NCBI GenBank assembly: GCA_963750735.1
Contig: CAVVRY010000014.1
Location: 74,571-138,570, forward strand
From: an uncultured Bacteroidales bacterium
Lineage (GTDB): Bacteria; Bacteroidota; Bacteroidia; Bacteroidales; VadinHA17
Direction: 5' to 3'
DNA length: 64,000 bases
A program made the position numbers and the translations under genes. The stretch's first letter is position 1, and every line of letters starts with the position of its first letter. This document shows, in pieces, positions 9,741-18,856 of the stretch. Under the pieces are notes generated by a model. The model searched no databases. It had not been told where the DNA came from and worked only from the letters and a program-made list of their open reading frames with translations.

Positions 9741-10002
9741 CCCCAACAATTTCAAAGAAGAACCAAGAATTGCCAGTAAGAGGATAACCCTAACAAATTT
9801 TGGGCCCCAACTTACAGCTACCCGTGCACCTATATATGCCCAAGCATGTTTCCTATAGCAAGGATAGACCCCAGCAAGTTCAAGGGAGGAACCAAGTACA
9901 GCAAGCAAGAGTACAATCCTAACAAATTTTGGTCCCCAGCTAACAGCTACCCGTGGCACCTATAAAGCTCCCAAGCATGTTTCCTACAGCAAGGATAAGA
10001 CC
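9741..10002. repeat. Head-to-tail tandem duplication (two ~130-bp units) of the 3' end of the TauE/SafE gene
   Basis: Unit A is ~9741-9868 and unit B ~9869-10002. Homologous points are 128-131 bp apart (for example cctaacaaatttt at 9789 and 9918, and caagcatg at 9841 and 9972). The units are similar but not identical and differ by single-nucleotide indels. Confidence 0.85.
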
Positions 10003-10614
10003 CAATGAATAATCAACCTGCTTGTGATACATAAAAATCCCAAGGGCGAAAGGAGTGTATAATAAAACAATAAGAACTTTAATTGCATTTGCTTTAACCA
10101 GATCTAATCCAGCACCTAAAACCAATCCTGCCAATAGGAAGAAGCCTACTCCTGCCTGGATAAAACCGCCATACATACCAATAAGAAAGAAAATAAAAAT
10201 TTGTATCCAGGAGGCCTTTTGCATAACCTGTTCAGATTGATCTTTTATCCATCTCTCTGGTTTGACAATTATAAGAAAGAACATAACCACCAATATTAGC
10301 CCAATTATGAACTTCATAATCTCATCATTCACCTGAACTGCAATTCTGGCACCAATAAGAGAGCCTATTACAGCCGGGATACCAAGTTGTAAACCATCCT
10401 TTATTTTTAGTACTTTTTGCTGTTTGAAGCTGCTAACACCAACAACATTTTGAAGTAAAATGGCAATTCGATTGGTTCCATTGGCAACATTCGGAGGGAG
10501 ACCAAGAAACATCAGAAGAGGTAAGGTTAATAAGGATCCACTTCCTGCCAGGGTATTAATGAATCCTGCAAAAATTCCTACCCCAACAATAGCAGCATAC
10601 ATATACCACTCCAT
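9940..10614 (-). CDS. Sulfite exporter TauE/SafE-family membrane protein, 3' end disturbed by duplication and frameshift
   Basis: 224 aa with multiple TM helices and Gly-rich motifs (GSGSLLTLPLLMFLG, GMYGGFIQAGVGFF). The expected last helix (IGARVAVSWGPKFVR...) is encoded out of frame downstream. See the repeat feature and the finding. Confidence 0.75.
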   Translation of the reverse strand: MEWYMYAAIVGVGIFAGFINTLAGSGSLLTLPLLMFLGLPPNVANGTNRIAILLQNVVGVSSFKQQKVLKIKDGLQLGIPAVIGSLIGARIAVQVNDEIMKFIIGLILVVMFFLIIVKPERWIKDQSEQVMQKASWIQIFIFFLIGMYGGFIQAGVGFFLLAGLVLGAGLDLVKANAIKVLIVLLYTPFALGIFMYHKQVDYSLGLILAVGNMLGSFIGATGSC

Positions 10615-10677
10615 ATTGTATCAAATAAAGAAAGTTGAAAACTACTAGAAAAGGAATTGTAATCAGGCTGGATTAAT

Positions 10678-11073
10678 CTAATCTTCCGGGTTGAATATAT
10701 CATTAATGACCTCCTTTAAATTAGATATGAATGTCTGATCCTTAATGACATAATCCTCTATTCCCATTCTGGCAAGTTCAAGCACAACATCGCCATCTTC
10801 CTGCCCAGAAAGCATAATAACCGGAATATCTTTATTATAAGCCAATATTTTTTCAAGAATCTCTTTACCATCCATTCTATTAGATCCTTCTTTACTTACA
10901 AACAAATAATCAAGGATGATAAGGTGGGGATTATCAGACAAGTCATCAAAGCATTCTTCCCCGGACTGATAGGTTTTTATATCTGTTGACTCACCCTCAA
11001 GGTTCTTTTTAACTAGAGCCAGGATTAACGGATCATCATCAATAACAAATATGAGTTTTTTTTCTTCCACCAT
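10678..11073 (-). CDS. Stand-alone response-regulator receiver domain protein (CheY-like)
   Basis: 131 aa with acidic pocket VIDDDP, phospho-acceptor context IILDYLF, and a conserved Ser plus downstream K (MLSGQ...DYVIKD). There is no output domain. Confidence 0.8.
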   Translation of the reverse strand: MVEEKKLIFVIDDDPLILALVKKNLEGESTDIKTYQSGEECFDDLSDNPHLIILDYLFVSKEGSNRMDGKEILEKILAYNKDIPVIMLSGQEDGDVVLELARMGIEDYVIKDQTFISNLKEVINDIFNPED

Positions 11074-11158
11074 TTCCGATTAGGACCGCAAATATATTAA
11101 AAACAGTCAATTTAAAAAAATTATGGAAAGATTCCTTTTACAAAAATTAATGTGAATA

Positions 11159-12439
11159 CTAATATCCGAAAAGTGGGAATTCTCTCATCATAGCATTTAC
11201 CTTAAATCTAACCTCATCAATAATATCTTGATTCTCAATATTCAAAACAACAGAATCGATCAAGTTTACAATCGGTTCCATTTTATCTTCTTTCACTCCT
11301 CTGGTTGTTAATGCCGGAGTACCAATTCGAATGCCAGATGTCTGAAAAGGTGACCTGCTATCGAAAGGCACCATATTTTTATTAATAGTAATATCAGCTC
11401 TTACAAGAGTATTTTCAACAAGTTTTCCGGTCACTTCAGGGACTTTGGTTCTTAGATCGATTAGCATCGAGTGATTATCAGTTCCACCAGAAATTACTTT
11501 ATAACCTCTTTTGATAAATGCTTCACTCATAGCTCGAGCATTTTTTCTAACCTGCTCCTGATAATCCTTAAACTCGGGCTCTAATGCTTCACCAAATGCA
11601 ACAGCTTTTGAAACAATAACATGCTCCAATGGGCCTCCCTGAGTACCAGGAAATACTCCGGAATTCAATAAGGAGGACATTTTCCTTACCACACCTTTCT
11701 TTGTTGCTTTGCCCCACGGATTGTCGAAATCCTTTCCTATTAAAATTATACCTCCTCTGGGTCCACGAAGTGTTTTATGTGTAGTAGAGGTAACAATGTG
11801 GGCGTATTTTAGAGGGTTATCCAATAATCCTGCTGCAATCAAACCTGCTGGATGTGCCATATCAATCATAAGTAATGCACCAACTTTATCCGCAATTTCA
11901 CGCATACGCTTATAATCCCAATCCCTTGAATAAGCAGAGGCTCCTCCAACAATAAGCTTTGGTTTTTCCTTAATAGCAATTTCCTCCATCTTATCATAGT
12001 TAACCAGTCCTGTTTCCTCATCCACACCATAAGCAACAGGATTATAAAGTATGCCAGAAAGATTCACGGGAGAGCCATGTGATAAATGTCCGCCATGAGA
12101 AAGGTCAAGTCCTAAAAAGGTATCACCTGGCTGCATAACAGCTAGGAAAACAGCAGCATTGGCCTGCGCTCCTGAATGTGGTTGAACATTTGCATATTCA
12201 GCATCAAAAAGCTCTTTTAAACGATCAATTGCAAGTTGCTCAGATTGATCTACAATTTCACAACCGCCATAATACCTGTGACCAGGATATCCTTCAGCAT
12301 ATTTGTTTGTAAGTACTGAGCCCATAGCTTCCAATACCTGAGGGCTCACGAAATTTTCTGAGGCAATTAACTCTATCCCATGCAATTGCCGATTGTATTC
12401 CTTTTCAATTAAATCAAAAGCTAGTGTATCTCTTTTCAT
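11159..12439 (-). CDS. glyA: Serine hydroxymethyltransferase
   Basis: 426 aa. Contains the PLP-lysine motif [15 protein letters not shown] and the typical N-terminus LIASENFVS. Confidence 0.97.
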   Translation of the reverse strand: MKRDTLAFDLIEKEYNRQLHGIELIASENFVSPQVLEAMGSVLTNKYAEGYPGHRYYGGCEIVDQSEQLAIDRLKELFDAEYANVQPHSGAQANAAVFLAVMQPGDTFLGLDLSHGGHLSHGSPVNLSGILYNPVAYGVDEETGLVNYDKMEEIAIKEKPKLIVGGASAYSRDWDYKRMREIADKVGALLMIDMAHPAGLIAAGLLDNPLKYAHIVTSTTHKTLRGPRGGIILIGKDFDNPWGKATKKGVVRKMSSLLNSGVFPGTQGGPLEHVIVSKAVAFGEALEPEFKDYQEQVRKNARAMSEAFIKRGYKVISGGTDNHSMLIDLRTKVPEVTGKLVENTLVRADITINKNMVPFDSRSPFQTSGIRIGTPALTTRGVKEDKMEPIVNLIDSVVLNIENQDIIDEVRFKVNAMMREFPLFGY

Positions 12440-12461
12440 AGTTGGTTCAGTATTATTCCCT

Positions 12462-12469
12462 CAAAAGTA
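12462..12469 (-). promoter_or_regulatory. Candidate Bacteroidota -7 promoter box (TACTTTTG) for glyA
   Basis: The minus strand reads TACTTTTG, matching TAnnTTTG, about 23 nt upstream of the glyA ATG. Confidence 0.35.
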
Positions 12470-12514
12470 TATTATTCAAATAAGAAAAAAAAATACATAG
12501 GTCCTTGTATTTTG

Positions 12515-14284
12515 CTAGGTTACTTCTACTAAAACTTTCCTATAGGCTGCAAAAATTCGCGATTTTGAAATAAATCCTATATATTTTCCATTATCTGTTA
12601 CAGGCAAATTCCAGGCGACAGTTTCCTTGAATTTTCTAAGAATAACTTCCATATTATCATCCATGGAAATAAGAACAGGTGGCATTATCATTAGATCCTG
12701 GATATATGTATTTTCATACATCTCATGTTGAAACATTATTTCCCTTATATTATCCAATGTAACAACGCCCACCAGATTCTGATCCGCATCTACTACCGGA
12801 AATATATTTCGTTTTGATTTCGAGACTACCTTAACCAGTTTTTTTAATTTTTCATCAGGATTTACCCGCGAAAAATCCCTTTCAATCTCCTTTTTCCAAT
12901 CCATTAAGGTCAGCACTGCTTTATCTTTGTTATGCGTAATCAATTCCCCCCGCCTGGCTAGCCGCTTTGTATAGATTGAATGGGGTTCAAAAGACATTAT
13001 GGTAAGGTATGAAATGGTGGATGTGATAATAAGTGGCAATAGAAGACCATACCCTCCTGTTATTTCTGCAATAAGAAAAATTCCTGTAAGAGGAGCATGC
13101 ATAACACCAGCCATAAGGCCAGCCATTCCAACCAGAGTGTAGTTGCTTTCAGAAAGATTTACAAAGGGCAAACCGTTTAATAATTTAGCGAAAAAATATC
13201 CAACAAATCCCCCTGTAAACAGAGAGGGTGCAAAAATACCTCCTACCCCACCTGCCCCTGTTGTGGAAGCCATTGCTACAACTTTAAGAAGAATTATTAA
13301 GCCTAGGTACACTAAGAATAAGTTTCTATTCTCAATGATGGAATAAAACAGGCTTTTCTCAACAACTTGAGATTCCTGTCCATTTAACAGAGCTGAAATA
13401 GAATCATAGCCCTCACCATATAGTGATGGGAAAAGAAATATTAATACTCCAAGTATTAAACCTCCCGTTATAACCCTAATAGATGTTCTTTTAATGGATG
13501 ATATTTTTGACTCTACGAATAAAGTTGTTCTGGTAAAATAGAAAGAAATTAGTCCTGTAAAAATTCCTAAAAGAATAAAATAGGGAATATCATTTAGTGT
13601 GTAAGCTTCTGTCAGATTAAATGAAAATAGGACGCTTTTTCCCATTAGGAAGAAAGTAACCATAGTTCCCGTAACTGCTGATATTAATAAAGGAACGATA
13701 GATGAAAGAGTGAGATTTAACATAAGAACCTCCAGGGTAAAAACAACACCGGCAATTGGTGCCTGAAAAATACCTGCAATAGCACCTGCAGCTCCACATC
13801 CCAGAAGTAGTGTTCTATCTTTATAATTCAATCTGAGCCACTTACCAAGAGAAGATCCCAATGAAGCACCAGTTAAAACAATTGGAGCCTCAGAACCAAC
13901 AGATCCACCAGAACCAATTGTAATGGCACTGGCAACCATAGATGAATAATTATTGTGGAATTTTAAGATACTATTCTTTTTCGAAATTGAAAAGAGTATT
14001 CGAGTTATCCCATGTGAAATATCATCACGCAAAACAAAACGGACAAACAAAGCCGTTAAGATAATCCCAAACAAGGGAAAAGCAAGATACCAGAAACTTC
14101 CCGAACCAATATCAATCCAGTCAGTGAGTAGCTTATCGATAAAATGAATTGTATTTTTTAATAACACAGCAGCAAGACCACTAAGCAAACCTACTACAAA
14201 ACTCAATATCAATAAAAACTGGCGAGGTGGAATATGCTTAATACGCCAAACATGAATGGTATGATATATCCCCGAAAACTTCAT
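12515..14284 (-). CDS. ClC-family chloride channel/antiporter with C-terminal CBS pair
   Basis: 589 aa. Motifs include GSGGSVGSEAP (gating-Glu motif), GIFQAPIAG and GGIFAPSLF. The C-terminal CBS pair reads IFPVVD...NLPVTDNGKYIGFIS. Confidence 0.9.
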   Translation of the reverse strand: MKFSGIYHTIHVWRIKHIPPRQFLLILSFVVGLLSGLAAVLLKNTIHFIDKLLTDWIDIGSGSFWYLAFPLFGIILTALFVRFVLRDDISHGITRILFSISKKNSILKFHNNYSSMVASAITIGSGGSVGSEAPIVLTGASLGSSLGKWLRLNYKDRTLLLGCGAAGAIAGIFQAPIAGVVFTLEVLMLNLTLSSIVPLLISAVTGTMVTFFLMGKSVLFSFNLTEAYTLNDIPYFILLGIFTGLISFYFTRTTLFVESKISSIKRTSIRVITGGLILGVLIFLFPSLYGEGYDSISALLNGQESQVVEKSLFYSIIENRNLFLVYLGLIILLKVVAMASTTGAGGVGGIFAPSLFTGGFVGYFFAKLLNGLPFVNLSESNYTLVGMAGLMAGVMHAPLTGIFLIAEITGGYGLLLPLIITSTISYLTIMSFEPHSIYTKRLARRGELITHNKDKAVLTLMDWKKEIERDFSRVNPDEKLKKLVKVVSKSKRNIFPVVDADQNLVGVVTLDNIREIMFQHEMYENTYIQDLMIMPPVLISMDDNMEVILRKFKETVAWNLPVTDNGKYIGFISKSRIFAAYRKVLVEVT

Positions 14285-14330
14285 AATTCAGCAAAAGTAA
14301 GGAATATTTCAGGGATTATCAGGAAATAAG

Positions 14331-16112
14331 TTAGTCCTCAGAAAATTCTTTAATAAGAGACCTGTACTTTGAAAAAACATTTGCTCTTGATACAAAGCCA
14401 ACATAGATACCATTATCTAAAACCGGGAGGTTATAATGATTTGACTTTTGAAATTTCTGGGCCACTTCCTCCATAGACTCACCCGGGCTTACAGAAGGCT
14501 GAGGCATAAACATAAAATCTCTTACATATGTATTGTCATATAATTCAGGCTTGAAAACCATGTGCCTTATATCGTTAAGCCAAACTACTCCCATGAGGTT
14601 CTTTTCTGAATCAATAACCGGAAAAACATTCCTCTGAGATTTCGAAATTACCTGGACGAGGTCTCCCAGTGTTGCATCAGGGCTTATGGGTTGAAAATTC
14701 ATTTCAATAAGATCAGAAACCTCCATTAAAGACAGAACAGTTTTATCCTGATCGTGGGTAAATAACTCTCCGCGTCTGGCCAGCTGGTATGTGTAAACTG
14801 AAGTCTGACGGTTTAATCGAATAGTAGCATAGGAAATGGTCGCTGTTATCATCAAAGGCATAAGAAGCGCATAGCCACTTGTTATTTCTGCAATTAGAAA
14901 AATTCCTGTTAAAGGAGCGTGTATTACCCCGGAAATAAGACCACCCATAGCCACCAGAGCAAAGTTCTTTTCCTGAAGATTTGCACCGAAGTAGTTCATT
15001 ACCGTTGCAAATAAAAGACCTGTATTTGCTCCTACGAAAAGAGATGGAGCAAAAACACCTCCTATACCTCCTCCTCCAAAAGTTGCAGATGTAGCAACTA
15101 CCTTAAATAAAATCACCAGTAAAAGAATTCCGGAGATCAAAAGGAAGGTAGGTTCAAAATTATTGTAAATAGTATTTTCAAATAGATAATCGGTATTTCC
15201 CTGTAATGCACTATTTATCACCTCATATCCTTCACCATACAGTGATGGAAAAAGAAAAACAAGCAATCCTAAACTTGCACCTCCCAATAGAATTTTTATA
15301 ATCCGGTTATGAATTTTCTTAAATATCCCGGCAATGAAAATGTACACCCTGGTAAAATAAAGTGAAGCAAGCCCGGTAATAATTCCTAAGACAATATAGT
15401 ATGGGATTTCCGATAGGTTAAATTTGTCAACAATATGGAAAGAGTAGAGAGTATTCTGGCCAAGAAAAAAATAGGATGTTAATGCTCCTGTAACAGAAGA
15501 TATTAGCAGTGGTATTACTGAGGTCATAGTAAGATTAATCATAATAACCTCAAGTGCAAATACAATTGCTGCAATAGGAGCCTTAAAAATTGCTGCCATT
15601 GCTCCTGCTGCCGCACAACCCAACATGAGAGTTACCTGCCGATAATTTAACCTTAACAACCTGGAAAGATTGGATCCAATAGCTGCTCCTGTTGCCAGAG
15701 TCGGGCCCTCCAATCCAACCGACCCACCAAATCCAACTGTAATCGAGCTGCCAATTATCGAGGAAAAAATATTATGAGTTTTTATTCTTCCGTTCCTCTT
15801 CGAAATGGAGTATAAAACTGTCGGTATACCATGATCGACATTTTGTCTTAAAATAAATTTTACAAACAAGGCAACTAAAAACAGCCCAATAATTGGTAAA
15901 ACCAGGTAAAGAAAAAAATGGCCACTTATTTCAACCCTGCTTTCAAGCAAATTTCTTATCAGGTGAACGAGGTTCTTAATTACCACTGCGGCTACTCCCG
16001 ACAAAAATCCTATAACGGCACTGAGGATCATCACAAAGTTTTGATCATTCATGTTCCTGATCCGCCACTTATATAATCTTAGCAGAATCCTCTTTGTTTG
16101 CATAGCCAACAA
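14331..16112 (-). CDS. ClC-family chloride channel/antiporter with C-terminal CBS pair (tandem paralog)
   Basis: 593 aa and collinear with the upstream paralog. Motifs include GFGGSVGLEGP, AIFKAPIAA, GGVFAPSLF and the CBS pair VFPVID...NLPVLDNGIYVGFVS. Confidence 0.9.
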   Translation of the reverse strand: MLAMQTKRILLRLYKWRIRNMNDQNFVMILSAVIGFLSGVAAVVIKNLVHLIRNLLESRVEISGHFFLYLVLPIIGLFLVALFVKFILRQNVDHGIPTVLYSISKRNGRIKTHNIFSSIIGSSITVGFGGSVGLEGPTLATGAAIGSNLSRLLRLNYRQVTLMLGCAAAGAMAAIFKAPIAAIVFALEVIMINLTMTSVIPLLISSVTGALTSYFFLGQNTLYSFHIVDKFNLSEIPYYIVLGIITGLASLYFTRVYIFIAGIFKKIHNRIIKILLGGASLGLLVFLFPSLYGEGYEVINSALQGNTDYLFENTIYNNFEPTFLLISGILLLVILFKVVATSATFGGGGIGGVFAPSLFVGANTGLLFATVMNYFGANLQEKNFALVAMGGLISGVIHAPLTGIFLIAEITSGYALLMPLMITATISYATIRLNRQTSVYTYQLARRGELFTHDQDKTVLSLMEVSDLIEMNFQPISPDATLGDLVQVISKSQRNVFPVIDSEKNLMGVVWLNDIRHMVFKPELYDNTYVRDFMFMPQPSVSPGESMEEVAQKFQKSNHYNLPVLDNGIYVGFVSRANVFSKYRSLIKEFSED

Positions 16113-16197
16113 AGATAATACCCTGATTTAAATGAACATTAAAATTTTCCTATTTTTATGTATTAATATAAAGTCAAAAAAGGAGAACTTAAATCTT

Positions 16198-17088
16198 ATG
16201 AAATCAATTAAAACCAGAGTTTCTGAATTATTTGGAATAAAATACCCAATTATCCAGGGTGGGATGGTCTGGTGTTCGGGTTGGGAATTGGTTTCAGCTG
16301 TCAGCAATGCAGGAGGTTTAGGCTTGATTGGATCAGGATCAATGAACCCGGAAATACTATCAGAACATATTTATAAAGTAAAACATGCCACTTCACTACC
16401 TTTTGGAGTGAATGTACCCCTTATCTCTGATTTTGTCGAAGATATTATGGATGTAATTATAAGAGAAAAGATAAAAATTGTATTTACATCCGCAGGGAAT
16501 CCCATGAGGTGGACTAGCATATTGAAAGAACAAGGGATTATAGTGGCTCATGTTGTTGCAAACAGCAAAAATGCGGTGAAGTGTGAGTCAGCTGGTGTGG
16601 ATGCTTTGGTTGCGGAAGGATTTGAAGCAGGGGGCCACAATGGTCGAGAGGAAACTTCTACCTTTGCCCTTATCCCTATTGTTAGGAAAAAGATATCAAT
16701 CCCCTTAATTGCTGCTGGTGGCATTGGAACAGGGAGTGGCATCTTAGCTGCATTATCACTTGGTGCGGAAGGAGTTCAGATTGGTTCATTATTTGCTGCT
16801 TCTACCGAATCTTCAGCACACAAAAACTTTAAAAAGAAAATAATTGAAGCAAATGAAGGAGATACTGAATTAACAATGAAACAGTTAATCCCTGTTAGAT
16901 TATTGAAGAATGAATTTTATCAAATGGTAAAGAATGCTATTGAAAAAGGCGCCGGAAAATCCGAACTGATTGAAATTCTTGGTAAAGGCAGAGCCCGAAT
17001 GGGAATGTTTGAAGGAAATCTGGAAGAAGGAGAACTGGAAATCGGACAGGTTTCCTCATTAATCGATGAAGAGCTATCGGTTCTATGA
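16198..17088 (+). CDS. Nitronate monooxygenase / FMN-dependent enoyl-ACP reductase (FabK)-like oxidoreductase
   Basis: Motifs include KYPIIQGGMVW, a GFEAGGH active-site segment and AAGGIGTG. I prefer the ATG at 16198 (MKSIKTRV...) to the track start at 16132. The C-terminal tail appears shifted into another frame (see finding). Confidence 0.8.
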   Translation: MKSIKTRVSELFGIKYPIIQGGMVWCSGWELVSAVSNAGGLGLIGSGSMNPEILSEHIYKVKHATSLPFGVNVPLISDFVEDIMDVIIREKIKIVFTSAGNPMRWTSILKEQGIIVAHVVANSKNAVKCESAGVDALVAEGFEAGGHNGREETSTFALIPIVRKKISIPLIAAGGIGTGSGILAALSLGAEGVQIGSLFAASTESSAHKNFKKKIIEANEGDTELTMKQLIPVRLLKNEFYQMVKNAIEKGAGKSELIEILGKGRARMGMFEGNLEEGELEIGQVSSLIDEELSVL

Positions 17089-17230
17089 AATATTTAAGAA
17101 ACTGGATAAAGAGTTTAGAGAAGCAAAACTTGATTTATTTAGAACAATTAAATAATCTTGCAAACCGTTACCATGATGAAAAGTCCTAAGTTAGATCATT
17201 GACTTATTGCATTAAGAAACAGCAAATAAT

Positions 17231-18721
17231 TTGAAGCATTATTTCCTTATATTATTTTTATCGTCTTATTTTTTGACTAATATTTCAGGGCAAGTTCCGG
17301 ATAGCCCTGAAAATTTTTATGTTAGTATAATTCCTGAAATAGGATTTAGTAACTTTTCATGGACACAACCAGATACATCTGATGTTGATGGGTATTTCAT
17401 TGGTTTTTTCTACGATATTCAACAAGCTTACCTTCCTATTGATACCATTTGGGGAAAAGAGATAAATGAATGGCTGTGGAAAACCACAAATGGCCGATTG
17501 CGACCAGAGATCTATTCTATTTCTGCCATTAACTATGACCCAGATCTAGATACTTTCAGGCTAAGTAAATGGTCTGATCCTTGCAGTCCTGTGTGGATTC
17601 CTCCTCCCTTAACACTTGATGAGTGCACAAATTCTGTAGATATAACATGGACTCCATATAAAGGATGGTATGAAAATTTAATCTCTTATACTATATATAA
17701 AGATTATTTACCATATGACACTGTTCCAGGAAATATAAATCATTATAATGATTTCAATATTGAATCAGATTCCGCATATATTTATCATATAGAAGCAAAT
17801 AACATTAATGGATTAAAGTCCACCTCATATACAAACTCTATCGTTGTTCATATCAAGGATCCACCAGCTTATTTAAATGCTATTGGAACAACTTATTATG
17901 GTTTAAATCAAGTTGAAATCTCTTTTATTATTGATCCAAGTTCCGAGTTTGATAAATACTGTTTAATTCGAGGTGAATCTAAATACATTATAAATGACAC
18001 TGTTAGCTTCAAAAATCAGTCAGGTGGGGGAGTAATGGCATTTCAAGATGAATTAGATAAGGAAATACCTTATTACTATCAACTTTTATGCTTGAATAGT
18101 TGCGGACAGGCTATTCAAAATTCAAATATTTCATCTACTATTTTTTTGGAAGGTAAAAGTAATGGATTATTTAATATTCTTTCTTGGAATAAATATGAAG
18201 AATGGACAGCCGGAGTTGATAAATATTATATATACAGAAAAGCCGGAAACAGTGAATTTGAAGTTATTGATTCTATAGCCCCAACTGATACAATTTATAC
18301 TGATAACATCAGCGAGATAATCTACAATATCGACCAGGCCGAATTTTGTTACTACATTTCAGCAAAGGAGGGAGCAGGAAACCCTATTGGTTTGCAAGGC
18401 CTGAGTCAGTCAAACACTATTTGCCTGTATCCTGAACCAGTAGTTCATATGGCAAATGCTTTTACACCCAACGGAGATGATATTAACGATGAGTTTAAAC
18501 CTATATTAACTTTTACGCCAAAAGAATACTATTTCATTGTCAGAAGTCGTTGGGGAAATATTTTATTTGAGACCGAGGATCCGAATGCACCCTGGGATGG
18601 CACTTATAAAGGTGCCTTTGTAAATGAAGGAGTTTTTGTTTATTATCTAAAAGTTATCGATCAAAATAATCAGGTAATAGAAAAAAATGGCCAGGTAATG
18701 GTTCTCTATCCATCCAATTAA
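17231..18721 (+). CDS. Secreted protein with T9SS type-B (gliding-motility-associated) C-terminal sorting domain
   Basis: 496 aa with a TTG start and a signal peptide (LILFLSSYFLTNISGQ). It has repeated Ig/FN3-like modules. The C-terminus reads ANAFTPNGDDINDEFKP...GVFVYYLKV, typical of the type-B CTD. Confidence 0.8.
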   Translation: MKHYFLILFLSSYFLTNISGQVPDSPENFYVSIIPEIGFSNFSWTQPDTSDVDGYFIGFFYDIQQAYLPIDTIWGKEINEWLWKTTNGRLRPEIYSISAINYDPDLDTFRLSKWSDPCSPVWIPPPLTLDECTNSVDITWTPYKGWYENLISYTIYKDYLPYDTVPGNINHYNDFNIESDSAYIYHIEANNINGLKSTSYTNSIVVHIKDPPAYLNAIGTTYYGLNQVEISFIIDPSSEFDKYCLIRGESKYIINDTVSFKNQSGGGVMAFQDELDKEIPYYYQLLCLNSCGQAIQNSNISSTIFLEGKSNGLFNILSWNKYEEWTAGVDKYYIYRKAGNSEFEVIDSIAPTDTIYTDNISEIIYNIDQAEFCYYISAKEGAGNPIGLQGLSQSNTICLYPEPVVHMANAFTPNGDDINDEFKPILTFTPKEYYFIVRSRWGNILFETEDPNAPWDGTYKGAFVNEGVFVYYLKVIDQNNQVIEKNGQVMVLYPSN

Positions 18722-18823
18722 AACTTAACTGAAATCCTTTTCCTCATTTGAAAAAATATCCTTTTTTCCAGAACCTGGATGAATAATTCAGGCAAAGCAG
18801 GTTTAATCCGAATAAAAAATAAC

Positions 18824-18831
18824 TAATTTTG
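18824..18831 (+). promoter_or_regulatory. Candidate -7 promoter box (TAATTTTG) for relA/spoT
   Basis: Matches TAnnTTTG and lies 26 nt upstream of the ATG at 18857. Confidence 0.35.
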
Positions 18832-18856
18832 TTGTTGATCAGATTATAATATTTCA

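Noticed and set aside
9717-9959. 80-aa ORF (MPRVAVSWGPKFVR...) as an independent small membrane-protein gene
   Set aside because: Its sequence is the duplicated C-terminal helix of the adjacent TauE/SafE gene read in a shifted frame. It contains the same ~40-aa segment twice and overlaps the TauE stop. It is better explained as a by-product of the tandem duplication and indels.
12487-12514. Terminator after the first ClC gene (aatacaNNNtgtatt + T9)
   Set aside because: The stem is only 6 bp and almost entirely A-T, which is too weak to call with confidence, although the T-run is suggestive.
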